The notes beneath the pieces were generated by a model. The model was not told the origin of the DNA, did no database searches, and worked only from the letters and a program-made list of their open reading frames with translations. Positions 17,670 through 26,211 of a DNA stretch of 53,779 bases are shown here, piece after piece (within the stretch, counting starts at the first letter, position 1; each line of letters opens with the position of its first letter). This DNA comes from Gemmatimonadota bacterium (GTDB taxonomy: Bacteria > Gemmatimonadota > Gemmatimonadetes > Palauibacterales > Palauibacteraceae), in the NCBI GenBank assembly GCA_039590175.1, contig JBDHFW010000030.1:1-53779 (forward strand), in the 5' to 3' direction. The position numbers were made by a program, and so were the translations under genes.

Positions 17670-18613
17670 GCAGGCGAGCGAACCCGACCCTGGTTGGCGT
17701 CTTCGTGCTCGGCGCGATCGCGCTCATCATCTCGGTGATCGCGGTCTACGGAGCCGGCTGGTTCGAGAGGCGATATACGTTCGTGATGGACTTCGAGACC
17801 TCCCTGGACGGACTGGTGCAGGGGTCCCCGGTCAGGTTCCGCGGGATCACGGTCGGCTCCGTCTCGCGGATCGCCATGCGATACGCCGACGATGGCCGCA
17901 CCATCCAGACTCCTGTCTACATCCAGATCACAGAGGGACAGGTCGAAGGAGGCGGACGGGACATCGACGACCCGGACGAGTGGATCGAGGCCTGGGTCGA
18001 ACGAGGGCTGCGGGCGGAGCTCAAGTCCCTCAGCTTCGTGACCGGCCAGCTCGCCGTCGACCTCGTGGTGCGACCCGACGTGCCCCTCCGGTTCACGGAT
18101 CCGGACCCTCGATATGTAGAGATCCCGACCGCGATCTCGGCGTTCGCCGAGTTCACCGAATCCTTGGAGCGGATCCGCTTCGACGACTTCATGTCGAACC
18201 TGAACGACGTGCTCACGGACGTTCGCCAGGTGATCGACACCCTGCCGCTGGCCGCCACCCTCGACTCGATGCAAGTGGCGGTGAGCGATCTGCGACGCTT
18301 TATCAACAACCTCGACGCAAATACCGGCACGCTAACGAGTTCAGCGGACGAGACGCTCGCGGCATTCAGGCGGGCGGCCGAGAGCACCGGGCCGGTGATG
18401 GCAGAAGCCGAAGAGCTTTTGGGAAGCACGAGGCAGATGGAGGGGCCGCTGGCGGAGCAGCTGCTCCAGACGCTGGACGAGCTGGGACGAGCCGCGCGGT
18501 CCATGCGGATCCTGGCCGAGTTCGTAGAGCGAAACCCGAACGCGATCATCTTCGGCAAGGGGAAGCCTGAAGAAAAGGGGAAGCCCGAAGAAACGGAGGC
18601 TAACGACCCATGA
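17666..18613 (+). CDS. mlaD: MlaD/MCE family protein
   Basis: N-terminal TM, GLVQGSPVRFRGITVGSV, helical C-terminus ending ERNPNAIIFGK. TTGA overlap with mlaF. Confidence 0.92.
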   Translation: MSRRANPTLVGVFVLGAIALIISVIAVYGAGWFERRYTFVMDFETSLDGLVQGSPVRFRGITVGSVSRIAMRYADDGRTIQTPVYIQITEGQVEGGGRDIDDPDEWIEAWVERGLRAELKSLSFVTGQLAVDLVVRPDVPLRFTDPDPRYVEIPTAISAFAEFTESLERIRFDDFMSNLNDVLTDVRQVIDTLPLAATLDSMQVAVSDLRRFINNLDANTGTLTSSADETLAAFRRAAESTGPVMAEAEELLGSTRQMEGPLAEQLLQTLDELGRAARSMRILAEFVERNPNAIIFGKGKPEEKGKPEETEANDP

Positions 18614-19236
18614 AGCGGCGACCGTCGATCCGGGCCGTCCTGGCTACCGGCTTGGTTCTGTTGAGCGTGGTCGGATGCAGCATCAAATCCGAGACGGCGC
18701 CCTCGCGCTTCTACATGCTTCGCCCTCTGCCGGCGGATGCGACCAGTCCCGGGGCTCCGGGCGGCGAAGCCGGTCCCGTGCTCGCCCTCGGACCGATCAA
18801 CATTCCGGCGTACCTGGACCGACCTCAGATCGTGACCCAGGCTCCGGGCGCCGAGGTGAAGCTATCCGAGTTCGATCGTTGGGCCGAGCCCCTCGAGGAC
18901 AACGTCGCGGCCGTGCTGGCCGACAACCTGGCCAGCCTTGTGCCGACGGAGCGGGTGTTCCCCTTTCCGAGCCGGCTGCCGCCCGATGTCGACCTCCGGA
19001 TCACCGTGGATGTCATCCGCCTCGACGGCCCGTTGGGCGGTGACGTCGTCCTCGACGCACGTTGGAGTCTTGTCTCGGGCGAGGAAGAGGCGGAGGTGCG
19101 CACGCAGAGATCACGGTTCGTTCAGCGGGCGGGCGGCCCGGGATACGCAGATCTCATCGAGGCGATGAGCCGGACCCTGGATGCTCTCAGCCGCGAGCTC
19201 GCCCAGGAGATCCGGCGCGCGAGCGGGAGAAACTGA
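18610..19236 (+). CDS. PqiC-like ABC transport auxiliary lipoprotein
   Basis: VVGC lipobox, RFYML, PAYLDRPQIV, DRWAEPL, VVLDARW. Confidence 0.9.
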   Translation: MKRRPSIRAVLATGLVLLSVVGCSIKSETAPSRFYMLRPLPADATSPGAPGGEAGPVLALGPINIPAYLDRPQIVTQAPGAEVKLSEFDRWAEPLEDNVAAVLADNLASLVPTERVFPFPSRLPPDVDLRITVDVIRLDGPLGGDVVLDARWSLVSGEEEAEVRTQRSRFVQRAGGPGYADLIEAMSRTLDALSRELAQEIRRASGRN

Positions 19237-19314
19237 TAGCGCTCGCTTGAGAAGGCTACGGCGACCGGAGCTGGTTGGAGCCATTTTGCCTCCCCTCGTC
19301 CTATCTTAGCGGTC

Positions 19315-21045
19315 ATGGGGGGAGCTACAGGATTCGACACTCGCCGTTATCCGGGCTCGACCGCGGTCCGGCGGAGCGTGACGCCTCGAGCCCGAGGGGT
19401 TTCGGCCGCTGTTTCGGTTATGGTATCGGTCGCCCTGGCCGCGGCGAGCGGTTCCCTGCCGGGCCGCTACCTTCTCGCCCAGGACACGATCTCGGAAACG
19501 CGTTCCCAGTCGGCCAGCGACGCCCCGGCCGCCGCGATCGTCGACACCATCATCATCGACAATCGGGACATCTTCGACGAGGCCCAGGCCAAGGACAACT
19601 TCTTCTTCCGACTGGCGAACACGCTTCACATCACCACCCACTCCTATGTGATCCGGCGCGAAGTCCTGTTCAAGCAGGGCGAGCCGCTCGACTCGCTGCG
19701 CCTCGCCGAGACCGCGCGGAACCTCCGCGCCCGCCGGCTCTTCACGCAGGTAGCTATCGACACGGTGAGGCAGGACGACCGCCTCGCAGCCGTCGTCCGG
19801 ACCCGCGACGGCTGGACGACCACGCCGCGCATCAGCTTCTCCTTCGCGTCCGATGGTACGACCACGGCCGTTCTCGGCGTGACCGACCGCAACCTCCTCG
19901 GCACGGGGAATTACGGACGCGCCTGGTGGGTCAAGGGCGTGGATCGGTCCGGCTTCGTCCTCCAGACCGCACTGGACAGGCTGGGTGGCTCGCCGATGAC
20001 GCTGGGCGGGGGCGTCTTCCTGCTCTCCGACGGGAACGCCGGCAACTGGGCCACGGGCATCCCGTATCGCGCCTATCCCGATGGTAAGGCAATCATGTAC
20101 GACGGGGAGGCCGCCGACCGACGCGTCCTTCAGTACCGATCGACGAACGTCGCGCTGGACACGACCCAGTACCAACGGCGTGCGTTCACCAACCGCATCA
20201 ACGGGGGCCTCGCACCCATCGCCAACTCCAAGGAATATCTGCGCGTCGGCGGCACGGCCGAGGTCCGGAACGAGATCTACATCCTCCGGCAGGACACGGC
20301 GCTCGCGATCCCCGATACGGTCACGGCCACCATCGGCGGCTACGTGGGCTACAGTCGGGCGGACTTCAACCTCGTTCGCTTCGTCAACGGCTTCGGTCAG
20401 GAGGATGTCAATCTGAGCCGAAGCCTCCATGTCTCCGTCAAGGTCACGCCGGAGGCGTTCGGCTGGGAAAGCTTCGGCGTCGGGCCCCGACTCGACCTTT
20501 CGGCCGGCACGCGGCTCGGCGCCGGCTACGCCCGCGGCTGGGTGGTGGCCAACGCCCTGTTCAACTCCGCGGGGTTGGACTCGGGACGCGTCGTGTTCGG
20601 CGCGACCGTGGCCGCCCGCCCCAGCCAGGAGTCCAGGCACGTCACGGTCCTCAGCGTGCGCGGCGGCATGCAGGACAATCCGCCACCGGGCGGAGAGCTC
20701 GACCTCGGCTTCAACGTTCCGCCGCGGGGGTTTCCCCCTCACGCCTTCGTCGGCACTCGATCCCTCTCCGGCACCCTGGAGCACCGGTGGTACGCCTGGG
20801 ACGGGATCCTCAGGGTGATCAACGTCGGCCTGGCGGCCTTCCTCGACTACGGCGGCGCCTGGTATTCCGGGCAGCCATCACGATACGGGGGCAACATCGG
20901 GATGGGGCTGAGGATCGGCAGCGGCCTCAGCACCGGGATAGGCCGCACCGCCCGGATCGACGTCGCCTACCTGTTCGGCGATGGCGTGACCGGGAGAACC
21001 GGCAGCCGCTGGTCCTTCAGCCTCGGGCCCAGCTTCGTCTTCTGA
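19315..21045 (+). CDS. Omp85 (BamA/TamA-like) outer membrane protein with POTRA domain
   Basis: LANTLHITT..VIRREVLFKQGE..LAETARNLR (POTRA), DRNLLGTG, PRGF loop, AFLDYGGAW, terminal Phe. True start may lie downstream of 19315. Confidence 0.85.
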   Translation: MGGATGFDTRRYPGSTAVRRSVTPRARGVSAAVSVMVSVALAAASGSLPGRYLLAQDTISETRSQSASDAPAAAIVDTIIIDNRDIFDEAQAKDNFFFRLANTLHITTHSYVIRREVLFKQGEPLDSLRLAETARNLRARRLFTQVAIDTVRQDDRLAAVVRTRDGWTTTPRISFSFASDGTTTAVLGVTDRNLLGTGNYGRAWWVKGVDRSGFVLQTALDRLGGSPMTLGGGVFLLSDGNAGNWATGIPYRAYPDGKAIMYDGEAADRRVLQYRSTNVALDTTQYQRRAFTNRINGGLAPIANSKEYLRVGGTAEVRNEIYILRQDTALAIPDTVTATIGGYVGYSRADFNLVRFVNGFGQEDVNLSRSLHVSVKVTPEAFGWESFGVGPRLDLSAGTRLGAGYARGWVVANALFNSAGLDSGRVVFGATVAARPSQESRHVTVLSVRGGMQDNPPPGGELDLGFNVPPRGFPPHAFVGTRSLSGTLEHRWYAWDGILRVINVGLAAFLDYGGAWYSGQPSRYGGNIGMGLRIGSGLSTGIGRTARIDVAYLFGDGVTGRTGSRWSFSLGPSFVF

Positions 21046-21220
21046 CGAGCTCGCGCGAGGCATCGGGTTGCGCCGTGGTGGCGGCGCGCATCTCGGCGGC
21101 GGCGGGCATTTCGGTGGCGGTGCGATCCGCACCGTGCTATAGTCGCGCGCCAAGCTCCGATCCAAACGACCAACGACAATCGAGGAACGACCTGATGACT
21201 ACGAAGGAGATCTACGCGCG

Positions 21221-21635
21221 ATGAAGAAGCTTCTTTTCATGTTGATGCTGGTGGGCTCCGCCAGCGCCGCCCAGGCTCAGGTCGAGTCGGCGGTGGAGAT
21301 CATGCGCTCGGACGTGCGCACCCAGAAGATCCAGATCCTCACGCAGGCGATGGAGTTCACCTCCGAGGAGGCGGCCGCGTTCTGGCAACTTCGAGACGAT
21401 GACGGATCCGGCGGCGCGGAACATCATCGAGCAGGCCTTCGCCAATGACGAGGAGCAGTTGGCGGTCGAGAGGGAGTACTTCGAGAAGATCGCCGAGATC
21501 CTGCCCGTCACGAAGGCCGCCCGCTTCATCCAGGTCGAGAACCAGCTGAACCGGATGATCGAGACGCAGATCGGGGCACAGCTACCGCTGGTCCCGGATG
21601 AGGCGACGACAGATGAGGGAGGCGGCAGCCCGTAG
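21221..21635 (+). pseudogene. Secreted helical (Spy/CpxP-like) hypothetical protein, disrupted at about 21386
   Basis: Signal peptide MKKLLFMLML..AQA and EEAAAFW, then a frame change to NFETMTDPAA..KAARFIQVENQ. A segment between FW and NFETM appears to be missing. Confidence 0.7.
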
Positions 21636-21704
21636 CAGTCAGGCCGAAGGCGAGCCGCTGGGCCTACACCCTCGCGCGACCGTCAGTGTTCGAGAGCGGT
21701 TGGC

Positions 21705-21756
21705 GGTACCGCATGCGGTACCAGATCTGCGACGGCTTGGTACCGCATGTGGTACC
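21705..21756. repeat. Pair of 18-bp palindromes GGTACC-GCATG(C/T)-GGTACC
   Basis: 21705-21722 is a perfect palindrome and 21739-21756 has one mismatch; intergenic between convergent genes. Confidence 0.85.
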
Positions 21757-21815
21757 GTCTGCATGCGGCGAAGACGCGAGCTGGAGGGCTAAGCGGAGGG
21801 CGAGCTGGACGCATA

Positions 21816-24428
21816 CTAGAAGGCGAACCCGTACCCGACGTAGACCGACACCTGTTCTTCGCTCGCGGCGACGGTGAGGCTCACGGTCTGGCCCCGGCCG
21901 AGGAATCCAGTCCAGATGCCGCCGCCGTACCCGACATGGAAACCTCCTTCGGACGCTCCCTCGAACCAGACGCGGCCGACATCCACAAGGCCGAGAAGCC
22001 CGAACGGGCCCGGCAGGAACTTCTTGATCTCGACGACCTTCACCCTGAGGTCCATGCCTCCGTACAACGAGGTTGCGCCAGCGAAGCGCTGGCTCGCCCA
22101 TCCCCGGAGGCTTTCCACTCCCCCGATGTAGGCGGCCTGGAAATAGGGAGCCTCGCCCCAGACGACCCGGCTTCCGACCCGAAAGGCGAGGGTCGGGCGG
22201 AGCGGGATCCTGGGCGTCACGTAGTACGTACCGAACATGTCCAGCGGCATGTAAGCCTCGACGGCGTCCAGCCAGGCGGGCTGCACCGTGCCCCTGACGT
22301 GGATGCGCGCCCCCTTGGTCGGATTGGCCACGACGTCACGGGTATCGAGGTCGACGTCCAGGAAGAAGCCGACTTGAGCGAAATCCTCGACGCCATACAG
22401 GTCGGGGAACAGGGAGATGAACCTCCCTTCGTTCTCCCCTGTGAGGGACAGGCTGAGCTGGACTCCGAAGGCCGCGTCCATCTTCTCGCTCAACGTCGGG
22501 AAGTGCGCCCCGGCCACTTCGCCGAAGTACAGCGTGCGGTCGACGTCGAAGAACCTCGAGTCCGCATCTGGCGGGTTGATCGTGGCGTTGCCGAAGCCAT
22601 AGAAGTGGGTCTGAGTCAGCTGCGAGATGCCACCGCGCGAGCGAACCCGGGTCCGTGAGTTCTCGAACCGCGCGTCGTAGTCCGCCTCGAACTCGACGAG
22701 ACCGTCCGTGGAGATACCGCCCAGCAGCCGAAGGCGTGTCGAGTAGGGATGCTTGCGGAACGCGTAGGTACGCCGCTGGGCCCCGAGGCCGACGAAGAGC
22801 CCGAAGTCGGATGAGATCAGAATACGGCTCGCGGGAAACCAGCGGCTCCCCCACTGCCTCGGGGGGATCCGCTCCTCGGCCGAGTAGGCCCACTCCTCGT
22901 ACGAGCTCGCGTTCACCTTCCTGCCGCGCCCCGCCTCACCGGTGAGCCGTCCACCGCCCGCCTGATCGTAGAGGTGCAGCTTTCCTGCCGGAACGATGAA
23001 CCGGAACTCGTCGGCTCCGTCTCCCCCGAGAATCCGCACGCGCACCCGGAAGTCCGGATCGCCACGTAGCAGCGCCACGTCATCTCCGCCGTGGAGCCGC
23101 ACCCGGATCTCGTTGGTCTCGACAGGGAGGAAGCGCCGCTGGAAGTACGCCGACGCTCCTTCTCGCCGCTCGGCCAGGATGATTTCGACCGATCCATCCT
23201 CGAGGCCGGTGATCCAGACGGTCTCCGCCGCGTCAGTGCCGTGCACCTCCGCCTCTCCGGCGAGGATCTCGTAGAATGTGCCGGCCGCGTGCCGGAGAGC
23301 GTCACGGCGCTGCTTGAGATCGTCGACCAAGCGGGCTCCGCCGATCGCGTACATCTCGCTCGGTTGTTGGCGCACCGCGCCCTCGATCAGCTCGTCGGTG
23401 AGCATCGCCGTCACGCTCGCGGCGACCGAGTCCCAGGTCGGGCGTTCGAGCTCTGCCAAGAGCTGCCGGTCCAGCTCCTGCCCGGTGTACGTGAGCCCCT
23501 CAAGGCTCGGATACTCCTCCTTGAAGCCCACGAGCGCCGGCTTGACGAAGTGCATCATCGATGGGAGCAGGCCGTCCATTCGCACGAACGCCTCATCCCG
23601 GTCCTCGGCGATCGGCCGCCACTTCCCCGTGGCGTCTTCCCGCACCCACCGCCACTGGGACCGGTCGCGGTCCCAGTCGCCTACGAAGACGTCGATCAAC
23701 CTCGCGGCGAGGAGCCTGCGCGAATCGGCGCGGTCGGCGGGGCTTCTCCGAACCTGCACGAAGAGCTCCTCACTCTCGATGACCCCCTCCCCGGAGCTCG
23801 GCGTAATCACGCCGAGCATGTCGCCGAACTCCTCGCGGTGCTCGCCCAGGGCAGGAGAATCCGGCATGAGGTAGGCCGCGGGGGTGGAATGCAGCACGTC
23901 GGTTCCGGACTCCAGCGGACTCGTGATCAATGGCGCGGCCGGATGCAGCGCGCTGTTCAGGTCCTCCATGACGGTTCCGATCGGGCTTCCCACCACGACG
24001 CCCGGGATGCTCGTCCCGAGCGACTTCACGATGGACCGGAAGGCGTACCGCCGTCCGTCGGCGCCGTCGAAGAAGAGTGTGCGGCTTTGACCCGGCCCTC
24101 CCTTCTCCAGGAGCGTCAGGCCGCCCGCGAAGGCGTTGAGATCCAGGACCGGGACACGAACCCGGGTGTTCCATTCCTTCCGGTAGTCGGTCCCCCAGAA
24201 GAAGCGGAAGAATCCACCCCGCTTGAACTGAGGACCGGGAACGACCGTGACGAAGCTGTCGGCCGCCACGCTTCCCAGCGTCGTATGGGGCCTCTGGCTA
24301 CCGGGGACTTGGGCAACACCGATCGATGGAAGAAGGAGAGCCGAGGCGGCGAGAAGCGGAACCACGGCCAGCGAGGCGCCGCGTCTCCCAGGAACTGCCG
24401 CACCGCTACTGCGGACTTCTGTGTTCAA
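21816..24428 (-). CDS. Omp85/TamA-type barrel protein with N-terminal atypical kinase-like domain
   Basis: Signal peptide; GGPGQSRTL..YAFRSIVK; ARLIDVFVGDWDRDRSQWRW; IAEDRDEAF; C-terminal barrel DLDTRD..PTKG, GGVESLRGW..RFAG, DVGRVW, YGFAF. Confidence 0.85.
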   Translation of the reverse strand: MNTEVRSSGAAVPGRRGASLAVVPLLAASALLLPSIGVAQVPGSQRPHTTLGSVAADSFVTVVPGPQFKRGGFFRFFWGTDYRKEWNTRVRVPVLDLNAFAGGLTLLEKGGPGQSRTLFFDGADGRRYAFRSIVKSLGTSIPGVVVGSPIGTVMEDLNSALHPAAPLITSPLESGTDVLHSTPAAYLMPDSPALGEHREEFGDMLGVITPSSGEGVIESEELFVQVRRSPADRADSRRLLAARLIDVFVGDWDRDRSQWRWVREDATGKWRPIAEDRDEAFVRMDGLLPSMMHFVKPALVGFKEEYPSLEGLTYTGQELDRQLLAELERPTWDSVAASVTAMLTDELIEGAVRQQPSEMYAIGGARLVDDLKQRRDALRHAAGTFYEILAGEAEVHGTDAAETVWITGLEDGSVEIILAERREGASAYFQRRFLPVETNEIRVRLHGGDDVALLRGDPDFRVRVRILGGDGADEFRFIVPAGKLHLYDQAGGGRLTGEAGRGRKVNASSYEEWAYSAEERIPPRQWGSRWFPASRILISSDFGLFVGLGAQRRTYAFRKHPYSTRLRLLGGISTDGLVEFEADYDARFENSRTRVRSRGGISQLTQTHFYGFGNATINPPDADSRFFDVDRTLYFGEVAGAHFPTLSEKMDAAFGVQLSLSLTGENEGRFISLFPDLYGVEDFAQVGFFLDVDLDTRDVVANPTKGARIHVRGTVQPAWLDAVEAYMPLDMFGTYYVTPRIPLRPTLAFRVGSRVVWGEAPYFQAAYIGGVESLRGWASQRFAGATSLYGGMDLRVKVVEIKKFLPGPFGLLGLVDVGRVWFEGASEGGFHVGYGGGIWTGFLGRGQTVSLTVAASEEQVSVYVGYGFAF

Positions 24429-24529
24429 TCGGAACCTTCCGTGGCTGGCTGGTAAGACGGCGAGAGCTTAGACGACCCGAGCAAGCCAGATGGCCATTGA
24501 AAGTTCAACAATCGCTCGCGATTAGCCAT

Positions 24530-25681
24530 ATGCCACGTCCGCTCTCATCGAGGCGGCGCCGGTTCGGCCTGCCTCCGTTTGGAGTCGCGGCCGCATTCGT
24601 TCTGACGGGCTGCGCAACGGCGAGCTTCGCTCCCGTCCCTCCGCCACCCGACCGGCAGGGGAATGACGCGCCCGAAGCCGTCCTGTATCTGGTCGGTGAC
24701 GCCGGTGACCCTGAATCCGGAGGCCCGATCCTCTCCTTCCTCCACGAAGACGCGGCCGCGCTATCCGGCGCGTCGAAGGTCGCGATCGCGTTTATGGGGG
24801 ACAACATCTACGACAGCGGACTTCACGAGCCCGGTCACCCGGAACGGGAGCACAACCTCCTGGCCATCGAGACCCAGCTCGACGCGGTGCGAGGCACGGG
24901 CGCACGGGGGCTCTTCGTCTCGGGCAATCACGACTGGGGGCCCGGTGGCGAGCGCGGACTCGAGCAGATTCGCCGGCAGTCCGCCTACATCAACGCCGCC
25001 GCGGGAGAGGATCTGAACGTCGCGTTCCTGCCCCCCGAAGGCGGCTGTCCGGGTCCCGTAGCGGAGACGCTGGGCGAGACCGCTCTCCTCGTGGCCATCG
25101 ACACGGAGTGGCTCCTGCGCTACGAGAAGGAGCCGCCCGCCGGCTCCGAGACGAACGGACAGCACGGGGGTTACTTCGGCGTGAAGAACCAGCTGTTCCC
25201 GCTCACGAACATCTGGGGACCGCTCTACATCCCGATCCCCTTCCTTTATCCGATCGGAAGGAACTCAGGGGTCTCGTCGCAGGACATGTCCAATCCGAAG
25301 AACCGGCGGATGGTGGACAGTCTCGCAGCCGCCGTGTCGAACGCCCCGAGCCGTCCGGTGGCTTTCGCATCCGGCCACGAGCACACGCTGCAGGTGTTTC
25401 GCGGCGATGGCTTCGGTGCGGATTGGCTGTTGGTGAGCGGAGCCGGCAGCCGGCTCACAGCCGTCGAGCAGGCCGATGCTCTGTTCGCGGCTGGGCGCCA
25501 ACACGGGGAGCGCGGCTACATGCGGCTGGAGTTCTTCCGCCAAGGAGCGGTCCTGCTCACCGTCGTGACCGACGGGAGCGGCGCCTGCCGCGACGGAAGC
25601 GGCGAAACCGGAGGTGGCGAAGCCTGCCGGCCGGAGCCGACCGTGCGCTACTGGAGCTGGCTGAGAGAGGCGGGAAGCTGA
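24530..25681 (+). CDS. Calcineurin-like metallophosphoesterase lipoprotein (possible internal in-frame deletion)
   Basis: LTGC lipobox; LVGDAG, GDNIY, GNHDW, SGHEH, VSGAGS. The expected HHP motif before TNGQHGG is absent. Confidence 0.88.
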   Translation: MPRPLSSRRRRFGLPPFGVAAAFVLTGCATASFAPVPPPPDRQGNDAPEAVLYLVGDAGDPESGGPILSFLHEDAAALSGASKVAIAFMGDNIYDSGLHEPGHPEREHNLLAIETQLDAVRGTGARGLFVSGNHDWGPGGERGLEQIRRQSAYINAAAGEDLNVAFLPPEGGCPGPVAETLGETALLVAIDTEWLLRYEKEPPAGSETNGQHGGYFGVKNQLFPLTNIWGPLYIPIPFLYPIGRNSGVSSQDMSNPKNRRMVDSLAAAVSNAPSRPVAFASGHEHTLQVFRGDGFGADWLLVSGAGSRLTAVEQADALFAAGRQHGERGYMRLEFFRQGAVLLTVVTDGSGACRDGSGETGGGEACRPEPTVRYWSWLREAGS

Positions 25682-25740
25682 GCGGGAGCTTGCGTCGGCG
25701 CGGGCGCCTGGATATCGATGTTTTAGAAAACTGAATCGGT

Positions 25741-25930
25741 GGAAGCGCCGCCTCGAAGTCCCGCTTCCCCAGTCTCCCAACCGCCCATCGTCACAGCGGA
25801 GACTCCGAGACGGCGTTCTCCTCCGGCTTTAGCCGTCGGCCCGCACGTACCGTTGCGGGGCCTTCCTCCTCCTCAGGGCTTTCCCGATGTCTGGCTGGTG
25901 TCCAAGCGTGCCACCTCCGTAGCACCTCAT
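25741..25930. ncRNA. Candidate structured small RNA (tandem hairpins, CCUCC-rich loops on +, GGA-rich on -)
   Basis: Five to six back-to-back stems in a 530-bp gap between convergent genes. No known family recognised and strand uncertain. Confidence 0.35.
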
Positions 25931-26211
25931 AGATAGGGACGAGGGGCATCCGCAAAAGGTTGCACGCCCCCTGCCAGCTTCTCCATCAGGCATCCAGCTC
26001 GGAGTCGGCTTCAAGCTGCGCCGACTCAAGAAGACGGGAGAGCAGATCGTCGATAGCGTGGCTCAGGGCATCGGCCAGGCCGCGGCAGAGAGCGCGGCGC
26101 CGCCTCCGACCGGCGGCGAGGCATAGACACGCGCCGACGCCGCGACATGCATGAGGCTTCCATTCGGTCGGGCGGAAGCCCTCGGTCAGCCAGCGAGCCG
26201 GCGTCGCCGGC

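Noticed and set aside
19318-19338. GGGGGAG-CTACA-GGATTCGAC resembles the 5' end of tmRNA
   Set aside because: No T-arm or CCA acceptor end about 350 nt downstream or upstream. The downstream sequence is clear Omp85 coding sequence.
21705-21756. Mini CRISPR array
   Set aside because: Only two 18-bp repeats with a 16-nt spacer and no cas genes.
25985-26200. Minus-strand frame ending LADALSHAIDDLLSRLLESAQLEADSELDA*
   Set aside because: Protein-like tail but no ATG/GTG/TTG start or RBS. It could be another damaged small gene but cannot be supported.
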